Shown one piece after another: positions 12,394 through 26,600 of a stretch of DNA of 64,000 bases. Numbering within the stretch: position 1 is the stretch's first letter; the number at the start of each line of letters is the position of its first letter. The translations under genes and the position numbers were made by a program. Below the pieces are notes generated by a model. The model had not been told where the DNA came from. It worked only from the letters and a program-made list of their open reading frames with translations, and made no database searches. Origin of the DNA: Eledone cirrhosa (taxonomy: Eukaryota); the NCBI GenBank assembly GCA_964016885.1, contig OZ024747.1:81530001-81594000 (forward strand). Reading direction: 5' to 3'.

Positions 12394-12884
12394 CAAGTAC
12401 TGGGTGAGCTATATTGATATAATTTAGTCTACACAAACCAGAGCTGAACAAAACTATCCAACAACAAATATAATGACAATTTCTTACAAATACACAGAAA
12501 ATTGATAAGAAATATTGAGATTCATGTCTTACTCAAGGACATTCATAAAAATGATAGTAACAAATAAACATGGATTTAAAAGATATATTTAGAAAGGTAG
12601 AAAAGAAACAAACACAACACTGAAATATGTATATATTTTTTTTCAAATGGAAGAAATAAAAGAAGTGAAAGCCAATGAAAGCAACATCCACATCACAACC
12701 ATATCACTAAAGTATTTCAAATAATAAATTACGCATATGGAATTCATTCATATATTTCATTCAACTTCAGATCATTTCAACCATATTGTATATACTTTTG
12801 ATTTTAGTTATTTTATATTTCTGTTTTCTTAAGCCATAATATATGCTGTGTCAAATGCCAGAAATTGGAATATATACATATATA

Positions 12885-12928
<44 letters not shown>

Positions 12929-12935
12929 GTATATA

Positions 12936-12976
<41 letters not shown>

Positions 12977-13121
12977 TATGATATATATATATATAAACTC
13001 ACGATAGTGAGTAAGGTATGAACACGGGAAATGAAAAGAAGCACGAAAAAAAAAAATAAAGATATGAGAAAAAGAACATGGAATAAAAGCAAAAGAAGAG
13101 AAACAGGTGACACGCACTCAC

Positions 13122-13301
13122 CTTTCTCACAGCTAGGCTCTCTCCCATCCCATGTGCCATCTGATGTGCATTTCCGCATTGCTCGCCCAGCAAGAAAGAA
13201 GCCAGTTGAACAAGTATATTTCGCCGAGGTCCCAATTATATTGGGTTGTAAAATATCCACATGACCATTGTCAATTTGGGGAAGCAGTGGGCACCCGGCA
13301 T
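13122..13301 (-). CDS. internal exon encoding one Sushi/CCP (complement control protein) domain of a multi-exon extracellular protein
   Basis: (D)AGCPLLPQIDNGHVDILQPNIIGTSAKYTCSTGFFLAGRAMRKCTSDGTWDGREPSCEK has 4 Cys, NG, Y-C..GF.L.G and W..P.C. Acceptor ttcgcctag, donor G|GTGAGT, 180 bp, symmetric phase 1-1 as is typical of Sushi modules. Confidence 0.92.
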
Positions 13302-14042
13302 CTAGGCGAAATGAACACATCGAATTCCGGGGTAAGAAATTAAAGAAAAAAATAGTAAAAAAATGACATAGTGTTGCTGACAAACACCATCAATGAGAGG
13401 CAGATTGGTCTGTGCTTTTAAAATTAGACTTGACAATCAACAGATGCGCTTCTTAGATGGGATCAAAATCAATTGAAATATGGCCATAAGTATATCAAAT
13501 ATACTTTGAAGGGAATTTTGTTGAAAGTTGTGCCATATGCATTAATAGGTTTTCAAACTTTTCGAAGCAATATTGAATCAAAATCCACTTGTATTTTACC
13601 TGGCAAAAAAATGTGTATTGGAGTGTGTGTGGTTATAACGGAATATAGAAGGACTGCAATTTGGGAGTTGATATGGGACAGGCTTAGCAAAAGCTGAGAT
13701 CATTTCTGTTGTTACAAATATAAAACTCTTTCCAGTCCACCTAACTATCAATAAGTACAAGGAAAATGATACAATTTCCTGCAGCAACTAACAATATCAT
13801 TGTATAACTAAGTGATTTATTAGGTTGTAATGTTTGATACCTTATCTCCCTAAGATCTGCAAAGAGCAACATGAAACCACTGATTGGGTCATTTGGACAA
13901 GATGAGATGAAAGAGCCCATACACTCAATGACCCCAACATAACTGATGTATTCTGCTCATAAAATTATACCATATGTAACTACATGGCACATACAAAAAG
14001 TAAATAACTAAATTATTTCCATGGAGTATTTCAAAGAATTAA

Positions 14043-14262
14043 CCCTTTCGCATTTAAATTACTTTATATTTACTATTGTATTTTCATGGTAAAGGCTTTA
14101 TCTCATATAATTATCCCTCAACATATAGATTCTATGAGAGTTTGATATTATTTACTTTGAGAACAATACCTTAACATCAGTATCAGCAGCTGGTTACAGC
14201 AGGTTTGAACAGAAAGAGGTGAGGGAGTTCTGGTCAGATATGGCCGGTTTAAATGCTAAAGG
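14043..14262 (+). mobile_element. piggyBac-type MITE family 1
   Basis: TTAA|CCCTTTCGCATTT ... AAATGCTAAAGG|TTAA, with TTAA at 14039-14042 and 14263-14266. Confidence 0.75.
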
Positions 14263-14669
14263 TTAAGGATTATGTTCTAGTTATAAAAATCAATAATATA
14301 TTTTTCAGCCATATGTTTGTATTTAGTGTCATTTATTTTTGTATGATATTGTGACAAGATATCAATACTGTATTGATAATGAACAAACAAATATTGAGAT
14401 TATTTGGTCCCTATTTTTTTAAAACATTGTGTTACAGAAACACTTAAATGTAATGTTATACACCGAGTTTAGCATACCAAATATACAACAGGGGCTAGAA
14501 TGGTTCAATAACAAATTATATAACTTCATAAAGGATCATGTTGTTTATCAAATCAGCTGAGAAATATTAGTGGCTTTAAAATTAAAATATGTTATGTTTA
14601 ATGCAGAAATTAAAGGTTTTTCTCTGAAATAACTTCAGACTAGAAGATACGTGGTTTAAGATCTGAATA

Positions 14670-14907
14670 TTAACTATTTCATTACTATATTTCTAATGAA
14701 AACACTGCCTATACATTTCAAATAATTTTGAAAATATTTCAGAACTGAAAGAGATTTGCTAAAATCACTTTCTCAACATTAAGCTGTTTGGAGCATAACT
14801 TAAAGGTTCTTATGTAAAAACTATGATAAATAAATATAAAACATTTAAAACAAACAACTCATGAACCCAGGGACACTATTATGAGGGTTGGTATTAAAAA
14901 GGATTAA
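14670..14907 (+). mobile_element. TTAA-flanked MITE family 2
   Basis: Similar to the copies at 2897 and 63570; ends GGTATTAAAAAGGA-TTAA. Confidence 0.5.
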
Positions 14908-15128
14908 CCCTTTAGCATTCACATTACTCTCTATATATTTTCATGGTAAAGGCTTTACCTCATATTATATTTGCATGGTAAAGGCTTTACCTCACATAAT
15001 ATTGAATCTATGAGATTTTGAAAGGATTTATTTTAAGAACAATACCTTAACATCAGTTTGAGTGACCAGTTTCAGCCAGTTTCAACAGAGAGAGGTAGAG
15101 AATTCTTGCCGGTTTTAACATTAAAGGG
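14908..15128 (+). mobile_element. piggyBac-type MITE family 1
   Basis: TTAA|CCCTTTAGCATT ... TTAAAGGG|TTAA; homologous to 14043-14262; internal duplication of CATGGTAAAGGCTTTACCTCA. Confidence 0.75.
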
Positions 15129-15962
15129 TTAAAATAGCAATCTCAATAAAAATGAAACAGCCATAATTAACTGAAATGCAAACCAAACTATGAAATTGAA
15201 CCAGTCCACAAAAGAAGGTAGACACCATATAATTAAGTAAAGTAGCTTGCACATTAAATGAACCTTAACTATAGTTCAACCTAAATTATCTAAGTAGATA
15301 TTGGTCTTGATCAGTGAATGTACATAGAAACATGCTATATTTTTAAATCATATCTTACACTCACCTGAAGACTAGCTCTAAATAATTGATATAATGTGTA
15401 CCTCCTGCCTTTTCTAAAGTATTAGCAATATAATTATTAATGTATATCACAAATAATCGATAAAAGGTTGTAGTTTCAGTTCATCAAAACATAGTACCAC
15501 GTCAGTGTATCTGTTAGACAATGTATATAATTAATGATTATTCTTTAAATAGATTCTAAATATTGAAAATATATTATTTATTGTATAATATTGTAGTTTT
15601 CTAGTCAGGAACAAATTGAACAATTCTTAACATTCCAGATTTGTATATCATGTTAATTAATGTTTGTTAATATATCAGGCGACTCTGCTGGTACACATAG
15701 ATCAATATTTGGGGTCTTCTTGAATACACACACAATCATGCACAAATTGCAAGATTATCTGATTATCTTAGAAATGAGTGCAAAATAAAGTCGTAGTTGA
15801 TTATATATTGTATCTGTTATCATATCTGCAGCAAACATGTATATGAATTTGGGAACATAACAGAAGGAGGTATTTGTTTAATTTGTCAGGTTCCCTGTGA
15901 GCTTGATTATACATTAGTCAATAGATTAGGCTGTCCAGTTTAAATACTTTTAGGAATAGCCT

Positions 15963-16375
15963 TTAAAGAAACAGTTGACAATATGCAACCTACGTTAAAG
16001 AAGAATTTGGAAATTGTATCATTCCGTCTCTAAATTCCTAATTATTATTATCTTCAAACATGGTGGTGGATTGGCAGTATCGGTAGAGGGTCGGACGCCA
16101 TGCTTTGACGCATAGAGTTATGGCCCTTGCCATTCTGAGTTCAAATCCTGCCGAGGTTAACTTTGCCTTTCATCCTTACGGGGTCGATAAAATAAAGTAC
16201 CAGTCACGCACTGGTAAATTGCTGGCCTTGTGCCAAAAGTAGAAACAATTATTATCTTCAAACAGATGTTACTTGGTGATGATGATGATGATGATGATTG
16301 GAAATGTCGAAACAGAATGATACAATTTCCAAATTCTTCTCTAAAATGAGTTGCAGATGTCAACTATTTCTTTAA
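15963..16375. mobile_element. TTAA-bounded inverted-repeat element (Kolobok-like MITE) carrying a nested SINE
   Basis: ~65-bp arms TTAAAGAAACAGTTGACA..GAAGAATTTGGAAATTGTATCATTC (15963-16028) and their reverse complement at 16311-16375. Confidence 0.65.
16061..16250 (+). mobile_element. SINE family A, full length
   Basis: Matches 17-207; 17-bp TSD ATTATTATCTTCAAACA at 16044-16060 and 16248-16264. Confidence 0.85.
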
Positions 16376-17200
16376 CTCTTTAGCATTTACATTACTCTAT
16401 ATATACTAGTGTATTTTCACAGTGAAGACTTTATTTTACATTATTATCTCACATCATATCAGCTGTAGGCCTCTGTTATTTATAAACAAACAGAACTGCA
16501 CTGTACTAAACATATCTTTAAAAATAAGTTATTGAGTCTTAAGTCACCATCTTGTTGCTATATTTGGTACAACATTCTGCACAGGGTAAGATCTAAATTT
16601 TAAATCTGCAAATATTGCTTGCTATGACGATATGATGAGGACAAAAAATTTCTCTAATCATATATTGGTGCATTATTTGTGTATCATTATTTTTTATCAT
16701 ACTAAGTTCATTTCTCTTGTATATATTATTATTGATATTGTCATAGTCCCTAGATTCCATTATAAATATTAAGAAAATATTTTTTTTATATTACTAACCT
16801 TTATATTTCATATTTTACCAGAATATACATGATAGTATTTTCTTATACACACACACACACATATATATATATATAATACATATAGGAGTATAGAAGCGGG
16901 TGTATGTATGTTTATGTCAGTGTGTGGATGTGTGAGTATAAAGATTTTGTTCCTCATCTGATACTACACACTAGGCCATTCTATTAATGTAATGTAATAA
17001 GAATGTATTTCATTACATCCTCAAGGAAAAGGTGAATAAAGAAAGAAAAAATGTATGAATTACTAAATATATAAAGGTCAACGGAAGGGGATATACAAAT
17101 AATAATACCAGCATTGTATTATTTCAATATTCATGTTTTATTTACATGATTGCATTTTCTTATTTTTGTAATATATATACATGCACACATACATATATAT

Positions 17201-17408
17201 ATGTGCAATGTCAATATACGTAAACGACTAGGCATAGATGATTTGAGAGTGAAACTGTGTATAAGAGGGATAAACTGTAGTGTGCGGGAGAGAAGACTGT
17301 GTTGGTATGGACATGTGATGCGTATGGAAGATGACAGCTGGGTGAAGAAGTGCCAAGAAATCCCAGTGGAAAGAAGACGCAGTAGAGGAAAACCACAAAA
17401 AACATGGG
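17201..17408 (+). mobile_element. RTE LINE 3' fragment, running into the gap
   Basis: MCNVNIRKRLGIDDLRVKLCIRGINCSVRERRLCWYGHVMRMEDDSWVKKCQEIPVERRRSRGKPQKTW, homologous to the ORF at 46872-47222. Confidence 0.85.
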
Positions 17409-17608
17409 NNNNNNNNNNNNNNNNNNNNNNNNNNNNNNNNNNNNNNNNNNNNNNNNNNNNNNNNNNNNNNNNNNNNNNNNNNNNNNNNNNNNNNNNNNNN
17501 NNNNNNNNNNNNNNNNNNNNNNNNNNNNNNNNNNNNNNNNNNNNNNNNNNNNNNNNNNNNNNNNNNNNNNNNNNNNNNNNNNNNNNNNNNNNNNNNNNNN
17601 NNNNNNNN
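17409..17608. other. assembly gap (200 N)
   Basis: Run of Ns; the true size is unknown. Confidence 1.
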
Positions 17609-20600
17609 ATGATGGTGAACAGAATGAGGACGGATGATGGTGAACAGAATGAGGAGGAAGATGGTGAACAGAATGAGAGGAGGATGGTGAAACAGAATGA
17701 GGAGAAAGATGGGTGAACAGAATGAGGAGGAAGATGGTGAACAGAATGAGGAGGATGATGGTGAACAGAATGAGGAGAAGATGGTGAACAGAATGAGGAG
17801 AGAGATGGTGAACAGAATGAGGAGGAAGATGGTGAACAGAATGAGGAGATAGATGGTGAACAGAATGAGGAGGAGGATGGTGAACAGAATGAGGAGGAAG
17901 ATGTGTGAACAGAATGAGGAGGATGATGGTGAACAGAATGAGGAGGAAGATGGTGAACAGAATGAGGAGGAAGATGAACAAGATGAGGATGATGGTGAAC
18001 AGAATGAGGAGGAAGATGGTGAACAGAATGAGGAGGAGGATGGTGAACAGAATGAGGAGGAGGATGGTGAACAGAATGAGGAGGATGATGGTGAACAGAA
18101 TGAGGAGAAAGATGGTGAACAGAATGAGAGGAGGATGGTGAACAGAATGAGGAGGATGATGGTGAACAGAATGAGGAGAAGATGGTGAACAGAATGAGGA
18201 GGAAGATGGTGAACAGAATGAGGAGGAAGATGGTGAACAGAAGAGGAGGAAGATGGTGAACAGAATGAGGAGGAAGATGGTGAACAGAATGAGGAGGAAG
18301 ATGGTGAACAGAATGAGGAGAGGATGGTGAACAGAATGAGGAGGAAGATGGTGAACAGAATGAGGAGGAAGATGGTGAACAGAATGAGGAGAAAGATGGT
18401 GAACAGAATGAGGAGGAGGATGGTGAACAGAATGAGGAGGATGATGGTGAACAGAATGAGGAGGAAAGATGGTGAACAGAATGAGGAGGAGGATGGTGAA
18501 CAGAATGAGGAGGAAGATGGTGAACAGAATGAGGAGGAAGATGGTGAACAGAATGAGGAGGATGATGGTGAACAGAATGAGGAGGAAGATGGTGAACAGA
18601 ATGAGGAGGAAGATGGTGAACAGAATGAGGAGGATGATGGTGAACAGAATGAGGAGGAGGATGGTGAACAGAATGAGGAGGATGATGGTGAACAGAATGA
18701 GGAGGAAGATGGTGAACAGAATGAGGAGGAAGATGGTGAACAGAATGAGGAGGAGGATGGTGAACAGAATGAGGAGGAAGATGGTGAACAGAATGAGGAG
18801 GAAGATGGTGAACAGAATGAGGAGGAGGATGGTGAACAGAATGAGGAGGAGATGGTGAACAGAATGAGGAGGAAGATGGTGAACAGAATGAGGAGGAAGA
18901 TGGTGAACAGAATGAGGAGAAGATGGTGAACAGAATGAGGAGGAGGATGGTGAACAGAATGAGGAGGATGATGGTGAACAGAATGAGGAGGAAGATGGTG
19001 AACAGAATGAGGAGGAAGATGGTGAACAGAATGAGGAAGAAGGATGGTGAACAGAATGAGGAGGAAGATGGTGAACAGAATGAGGAGGAAGATGGTGAAC
19101 AGAATGAGGAGGAAGATGGTGAACAGAATGAGGAGAAGATGGTGAACAGAATGAGGAGGAAGATGGTGAACAGAATGAGGAGGAAGATGGTGAACAGAAT
19201 GAGGAGGAGGATGGTGAACAGAATGAGGAGGAAGATGGTGAACAGAATGAGGAGGAAGATGGTGAACAGAATGAGGAGGAAGATGGTGAACAGAATGAGG
19301 AGGAAGATGGTGAACAAGATGAGGATGATGGTGAACAGAATGAGGCGGAAGATGGTGAACAGAATGAGGAGGAGGATGGTGAACAGAATGAGGAGGAAGA
19401 TGGTGAACAGAATGAGGAGGAAGATGGTGAACAGAATGAGGAGGAGGATGGTGAACAGAATGAGGAGGATGATGGTGAACAGAATGAGGAGGATCATGGT
19501 GAACAGAATGAGGAGGAAGATGGTGAACAGAATGAGGAGGAAGATGGTGAACAGAAGAGGAGGAAGATGGTGAACAGAATGAGGAGGAAGATGGTGAACA
19601 GAAGGAGGAGGAGGATGGTAAACAGAATGAGGAGGAAGATGGTGAACAGAATGAGGAGGAAGATGAACAAGATGAGGATGATGGTGAACAGAATGAGGAG
19701 GAAGATGGTGAACAGAATGAGGAGGAGGATGGTGAACAGAATGAGGAGGAAGATGGTGAACAGAATGAGGAGGAAGATGGTGAACAGAAGGAGGAGGAGG
19801 ATGGTGAACAGAATGAGGAGGAAGATGGTGAACAGAATGAGGAGGAAGATGGTGAACAGAATGAGGAGGAAGATGGTGAACAGAATGAGGAGGAAGATGG
19901 TGAACAGAATGAGGAGGATGATGGTGAACAGAAGGAGGAGGAGGATGGTAAACAGAATGAGGAGGAAGATGGTGAACAGAATGAGGAGGAAGATGGTGAA
20001 CAGAATGAGGAGGAAGATGGTGAACAGAATGAGGAGGAAGATGAACAAGATGAGGATGATGGTGAACAGAATGAGGAGGAAGATGGTGAACAGAATGAGG
20101 AGGAGGATGGTGAACAGAATGAGGAGGAAGATGGTGAACAGAATGAGGAGGAGGATGGTGAACAGAATGAGGAGGAGGATGGTGAACAGAATGAGGAGGA
20201 GGATGGTGAACAGAATGAGGAGGAGGATGGTGAACAGAATGAGGAGGAGATGGTGAACAGAATGAGGAGGAAGATGGTGAACAGAAGGAGGAGGAGGATG
20301 GTGAACAGAATGAGGAGGAGGATGGTGAACAGAATGAGGAGGAAGATGGTGAACAGAATGAGGAGGAGGATGGTGAAACAGAATGAGGAGGAAGATGGTG
20401 AACAGAATGAGGAGGAAGATGGTGAACAGAATGAGGAGGAAGATGGTGAACAGAATGAGGAGGAAGATGAACAGATGAGGATGATGGTGAACAGAATGAG
20501 GAGGAAGATGGTGAACAGAATGAGGAGGAGGATGGTGAACAGAATGAGGAGGAAGATGGTGAACAGAATGAGGAGTAAGATGGTGAACAGAATGAGGAGG

Positions 20601-23600
20601 AGGATGGTGAACAGAATGAGGAAGATGATGGTGAACAGAATGAGGAGGATCATGGTGAACAGAATGAGGAGGAAGATGGTGAACAGAATGAGGAGGAAGA
20701 TGGTGAACAGAATGAGGAGGAAGAGGTGAACAGAATGAGGAGGAAGATGATGGTGAACAGAAAGAGGAGGAAGATGGTGAACAGAATGAGGAGGAAGATA
20801 GTGAACAGAACGAGGAGGAAGATGGTGAACAGAATGAGGAGGAAGATGGTGAACAGAATGAGGAAGATGGTGAACAGAATGAGGAGGAAAATGGTGAACA
20901 GAATGAGGAGGAAGATGGTGAACAGAATGAGGAGAAAGATGGTGAACAGAATGAAGAGGAGGATGGTGAACAGAATGAGGAAGAGGATGGTGAACAGAAT
21001 GAGGAGGAAGATGGTGAACAGAATGAGGAGGATGATGGTGAACAGAATGAGGAGGAGATGGTGAACAGAATGAGGAGGAAGATGGTGAACAGAATGAGGA
21101 GGAAGATGGTGAACAGAATGAGGAGGAAGATGGTGAACAGAATGAGGAGGATGGTGGTGAACAGAATGAGGAGGAAGATGGTGAACAGAATGAGGAGGAA
21201 GATGGTGAACAGAATGAGGAGGAGGATGGTGAACAGAATGAGGAGGATGATGGTGAACAGAATGAGGAGGAAGATGGTGAACAGAATGAGGAGGAGATGG
21301 TGAACAGAATGAGGAGGAGGATGGTGAACAGAATGAGGAGGAAGATGGTGAACAGAATGAGGAGGATGATGGTGAACAGAATGAGGAGGAGGATGGTGAA
21401 CAGAATGAGGAGAAAGATGGTGAACAGAATGAGGAGGAGGATGGTGAACAGAATGAGGAGGATGATGGTGAACAGAATGAGGAGGAAGATGGTGAACAGA
21501 ATGAGGAGGAAGATGGTGAACAGAATGAGGAGGAGGATGGTGAACAGAATGAGGAGGAAGATGGTGAACAGAATGAGGAGGAGGATGGTGAACAGAATGA
21601 GGAGGAAGATGGTGAACAGAATGAGAGGAAGATGGTGAACAGAATGAGGAGGAAGATGGTGAACAGAATGAGGAGGAGGATGGTGAACAGAATGAGGAGG
21701 AAGATGGTGAACAGAATGAGGAGGAGGATGGTGAACAGAATGAGGAGGAGATGGTGAACAGAATGAGGAGGAGATGGTGAACAGAATGAGGAGGAAGATG
21801 GTGAACAGAATGAGGAGGAGGATGGTGAACAGAATGAGGAGGAAGATGGTGAACAGAATGAGGAGGAGGATGGTGAACAGAATGAGGAGGAAGATGGTGA
21901 ACAGAATGAGGAGGAAGATGGTGAACAGAATGAGGAGGAAGATGGTGAACAGAATGAGGAGGAGGATGGTGAACAGAATGAGGAGGAAGATGGTGAACAG
22001 AATGAGGAGGAAGATGGTGAACAGAATGAGGAGGAGGATGGTGAACAGAATGAGGAGGAAGATGGTGAACAGAATGAGGAGGAGGATGGTGAACAGAATG
22101 AGGAGGAGGATGGTGAACAGAATGAGGAGGAAGATGGTGAACAGAATGAGGAGAAGATGGTGAACAGAATGAGGAGGATGATGGTGAACAGAATGAGGAG
22201 GAAGATGGTGAACAGAATGAGGAAGGAGGATGGTGAACAGAATGAGGAGGAAGATGGTGAATAGAATGAGGAGGAAGATGGTGAACAGAATGAGGAGGAT
22301 GATGGTGAACAGAATGAGGAGAAGATGGTGAACAGAATGAGGAGGAAGATGGTGAACAGAATGAGGAGAGGATGGTGAACAGAATGAGGAGGAAGATGGT
22401 GAATAGAATGAGGAGGAGATGGTGAACAGAATGAGGAGGATGATGGTGAACAGAATGAGGAGGATGATGGTGAACAGAATGAGGAGGAAGATGGTGAACA
22501 GAATGAGGAGAAGGATGGTGAACAGAATGAGGAGGAAGATGGTGAACAGAATGAGGAGGAAGATGGTGAACAGAATGAGGAGGAAGATGGTGAACAGAAT
22601 GAGGAGGAAGATGAACAAGATGAGGATGATGGTGAACAGAATGAGGAGGAAGATGGTGAACAGAATGAGGAGGAGGATGGTGAACAGAATGAGGAGAAAG
22701 ATGGTGAACAGAATGAGGAGGAGATGGTGAACAGAATGAGGAGGAAGATGGTGAACAGAATGAGGAGAAAGATGGTGAACAGAATGAGGAGGATGATGGT
22801 GAACAGAATGAGGAGAAAGATGGTGAACAGAATGAGGAGGAGGATGGTGAACAGAATGAGGAGAAGATGGTGAACAGAATGAGGAGGAAGATGGTGAACA
22901 GAATGAGGAGGATGATGGTGAACAGAATGAGGAGAAAGATGGTGAACAGAATGAGGAGGAGGATGGTGAACAGAATGAGGAGGAAGATGGTGAACAGAAT
23001 GAGGAGAAAGATGGTGAACAGAATGAGGAGGAGGATGGTGAACAGAATGAGGAGGAAGATGGTGAACAGAATGAGGAGGAAGATGGTGAACAGAATGAGG
23101 AGGATGATGGTGAACAGAATGAGGAGAAGATGGTGAACAGAATGAGGAGGAGGATGGTGAACAGAATGAGGAGGAAGATGGTGAACAGAATGAGGAGAAG
23201 ATGGTGAACAGAATGAGGAGGAAGATGGTGAACAGAATGAGGAGGATGATGGTGAACAGAATGAGGAGAAGATGGTGAACAGAATGAGGAGGAGGATGGT
23301 GAACAGATGAGGAGAAGATGGTGAACAGAATGAGGAGGAAGATGGTGAACAGAATGAGGAGGATGATGGTGAACAGAATGAGGAGAAAGATGGTGAACAG
23401 AATGAGGAGGAGGATGGTGAACAGAATGAGGAGGAAGATGGTGAACAGAATGAGGAGAAAGATGGTGAACAGAATGAGGAGGAGGATGGTGAACAGAATG
23501 AGGAGGAAGATGGTGAACAGAATGAGGAGGAAGATGGTGAACAGAATGAGGAGGAAGATGGTGAACAGAATGAGGAGGAAGATGAACAGATGAGGATGTG

Positions 23601-26600
23601 GTGAACAGAATGAGGAGGAAGATGGTGAACAGAATGAGGAGGAGGATGGTGAACAGAATGAGGAGAAGATGGTGAACAGAATGAGGAGTAAGATGGTGAA
23701 CAGAATGAGGAGGAGGATGGTGAACAGAATGAGGAGAAGATGGTGAACAGAATGAGGAGAAAGATGGTGAACAGAATGAGGAGGAGGATGGTGAACAGAA
23801 TGAGGAAGATGATGGTGAACAGAAAGAGGAGGAAGATGGTGAACAGAATGAGGAGGAAGATGGTGAACAGAACGAGGAGGAAGATGGTGAACAGAATGAG
23901 GAAGAGATGGTGAACAGAATGAGGAGGATGATGGTGAACAGAATGAGGAGGAAGATGGTGAACAGAATGAGGAGAAAGATGGTGAACAGAATGAGGAGGA
24001 GGATGGTGAACAGAATGAGGAGGAAGATGGTGAACAGAATGAGGAGAAAGATGGTGAACAGAATGAGGAGGAGGATGGTGAACAGAATGAGGAGGATGAT
24101 GGTGAACAGAATGAGGAGGAAGATGGTGAACAGAATGAGGAGGATGATGGTGAACAGAATGAGGAGGAAGATGGTGAACAGAATGAGGAGGAGGATGGTG
24201 AACAGAATGAGGAGGATGATGGTGAACAGAATGAGGAGGAGGATGGTGAACAGAATGAGGAGGATGATGGTGAACAGAATGAGGAGGATGATGGTGAACA
24301 GAATGAGGAGGAAGATGGTGAACAGAATGAGGAGGATGATGGTGAACAGAATGAGGAGGAAGATGGTGAACAGAATGAGGAGAAGATGGTGAACAGAATG
24401 AGGAGGAGGATGGTGAACAGAATGAGGAGGATGATGGTGAACAGAATGAGGAGGAAGATGGTGAACAGAATGAGGAGGAAGATGGTGAACAGAATGAGGA
24501 GAAGATGGTGAACAGAATGAGGAGGAGGATGGTGAACAGAATGAGGAGGATGATGGTGAACAGAATGAGGAGGAAGATGGTGAACAGAATGAGGAGGAAG
24601 ATGGTGAACAGAATGAGGAGAGGATGGTGAACAGAATGAGGAGGAAGATGGTGAATAGAATGAGGAGGAAGATGGTGAACAGAATGAGGAGGAAGATGGT
24701 GAACAGAATGAGGAGAAAGATGGTGAACAGAATGAGGAGGAAGATGGTGAACAGAATGAGGAGGAAGATGGTGAACAGAAGGAGGAGGAGATGGTAAACA
24801 GAATGAGGAGGAAGATGGTGAACAGAATGAGGAGGAAGATGGTGAACAGAATGAGGAGGACGATCGGTGAACAGAATGAGGAGGAAGATGAACAAGATGA
24901 GGATGATGGTGAACAGAATGAGGCGGAAGATGGTGAACAGAATGAGGAGGAGGATGGTGAACAGAATGAGGAGGAAGATGGTGAACAGAATGAGGAGGAG
25001 GATGGTAAACAGAATGAGGAGGAGGATGGTGAACAGAATGAGGAAGATGATGGTGAACAGAATGAGGAGGATCATGGTGAACAGAATGAGGAGGAAGATG
25101 GTGAACAGAATGAGGAGGAAGATGGTGAACAGAATGAGGAGGAGGATGGTGAACAGAATGAGGAAGATGATGGTGAACAGAATGAGGAGGATCATGGTGA
25201 ACAGAATGAGGAGGAAGATGGTGAACAGAATGAGGAGGAAGATGGTGAACAGAATGAGGAGGAAGATGGTGAACAGAATGAGGAGGAAGATGGTGAACAG
25301 AAGGAGGAGGAGGATGGTAAACAGAATGAGGAGGAAGATGGTGAACAGAATGAGGAGGAAGATGAACAAGATGAGGATGATGGTGAACAGAATGAGGAGG
25401 AAGATGGTGAACAGAATGAGGAGGAGGATGGTGAACAGAATGAGGAGGAAGATGGTGAACAGAATGAGGAGGAAGATGGTGAACAGAAGGAGGAGGAGGA
25501 TGGTAAACAGAATGAGGAGGAAGATGGTGAACAGAATGAGGAGGAAGATGGTGAACAGAATGAGGAGGAAGATGGTGAACAGAATGAGGAGGAAGATGGT
25601 GAACAGAATGAGGAGGATGATGGTGAACAGAAGTGAGGAGGAGGATGGTAAACAGAATGAGGAGGAAGATGGTGAACAGAATGAGGAGGAAGATGGTGAA
25701 CAGAATGAGGAGGAAGATGGTGAACAGAATGAGGAGGAAGATGAACAAGATGAGGATGATGGTGAACAGAATGAGGAGGAAGATGGTGAACAGAATGAGG
25801 AGGAGGATGGTGAACAGAATGAGGAGGAAGATGGTGAACAGAATGAGGAGGAGGATGGTGAACAGAATGAGGAGGAGGATGGTGAACAGAATGAGGAGGA
25901 GGATGGTGAACAGAATGAGGAGGAGGATGGTGAACAGAATGAGGAGGAGGATGGTGAACAGAATGAGGAGGAAGATGGTGAACAGAAGGAGGAGGAGGAT
26001 GGTGAACAGAATGAGGAGGAGGATGGTGAACAGAATGAGGAGGAAGATGGTGAACAGAAGGAGGAGGAGGATGGTAAACAGAATGAGGAGGAAGATGGTG
26101 AACAGAATGAGGAGGAAGATGGTGAACAGAATGAGGAGGAAGATGGTGAACAGAATGAGGAGGAAGATGAACAAGATGAGGATGATGGTGAACAGAATGA
26201 GGAGGAAGATGGTGAACAGAATGAGGAGGAGGATGGTGAACAGAATGAGGAGGAAGATGGTGAACAGAATGAGGAGTAAGATGGTGAACAGAATGAGGAG
26301 GAGGATGGTGAACAGAATGAGGAAGATGATGGTGAACAGAATGAGGAGGATCATGGTGAACAGAATGAGGAGGAAGATGGTGAACAGAATGAGGAGGAAG
26401 ATGGTGAACAGAATGAGGAGGAAGATGGTGAACAGAATGAGGAGGAAGATGATGGTGAACAGAAAGAGGAGGAAGATGGTGAACAGAATGAGGAGGAAGA
26501 TAGTGAACAGAACGAGGAGGAAGATGGTGAACAGAATGAGGAGGAAGATGGTGAACAGAATGAGGAAGATGGTGAACAGAATGAGGAGGAAAATGGTGAA

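Noticed and set aside
12829-13383. 184-aa ORF as a complete gene with a transmembrane tail
   Set aside because: Only 13122-13301 is bounded by splice sites; the hydrophobic tail is translated intronic T-rich and (TA)n sequence.
15365-15413. Possible minus-strand exon with a perfect CAG|GTGAGT donor
   Set aside because: The frame needed to join the phase-1 Sushi exon contains TAG stops, and there is no other support.
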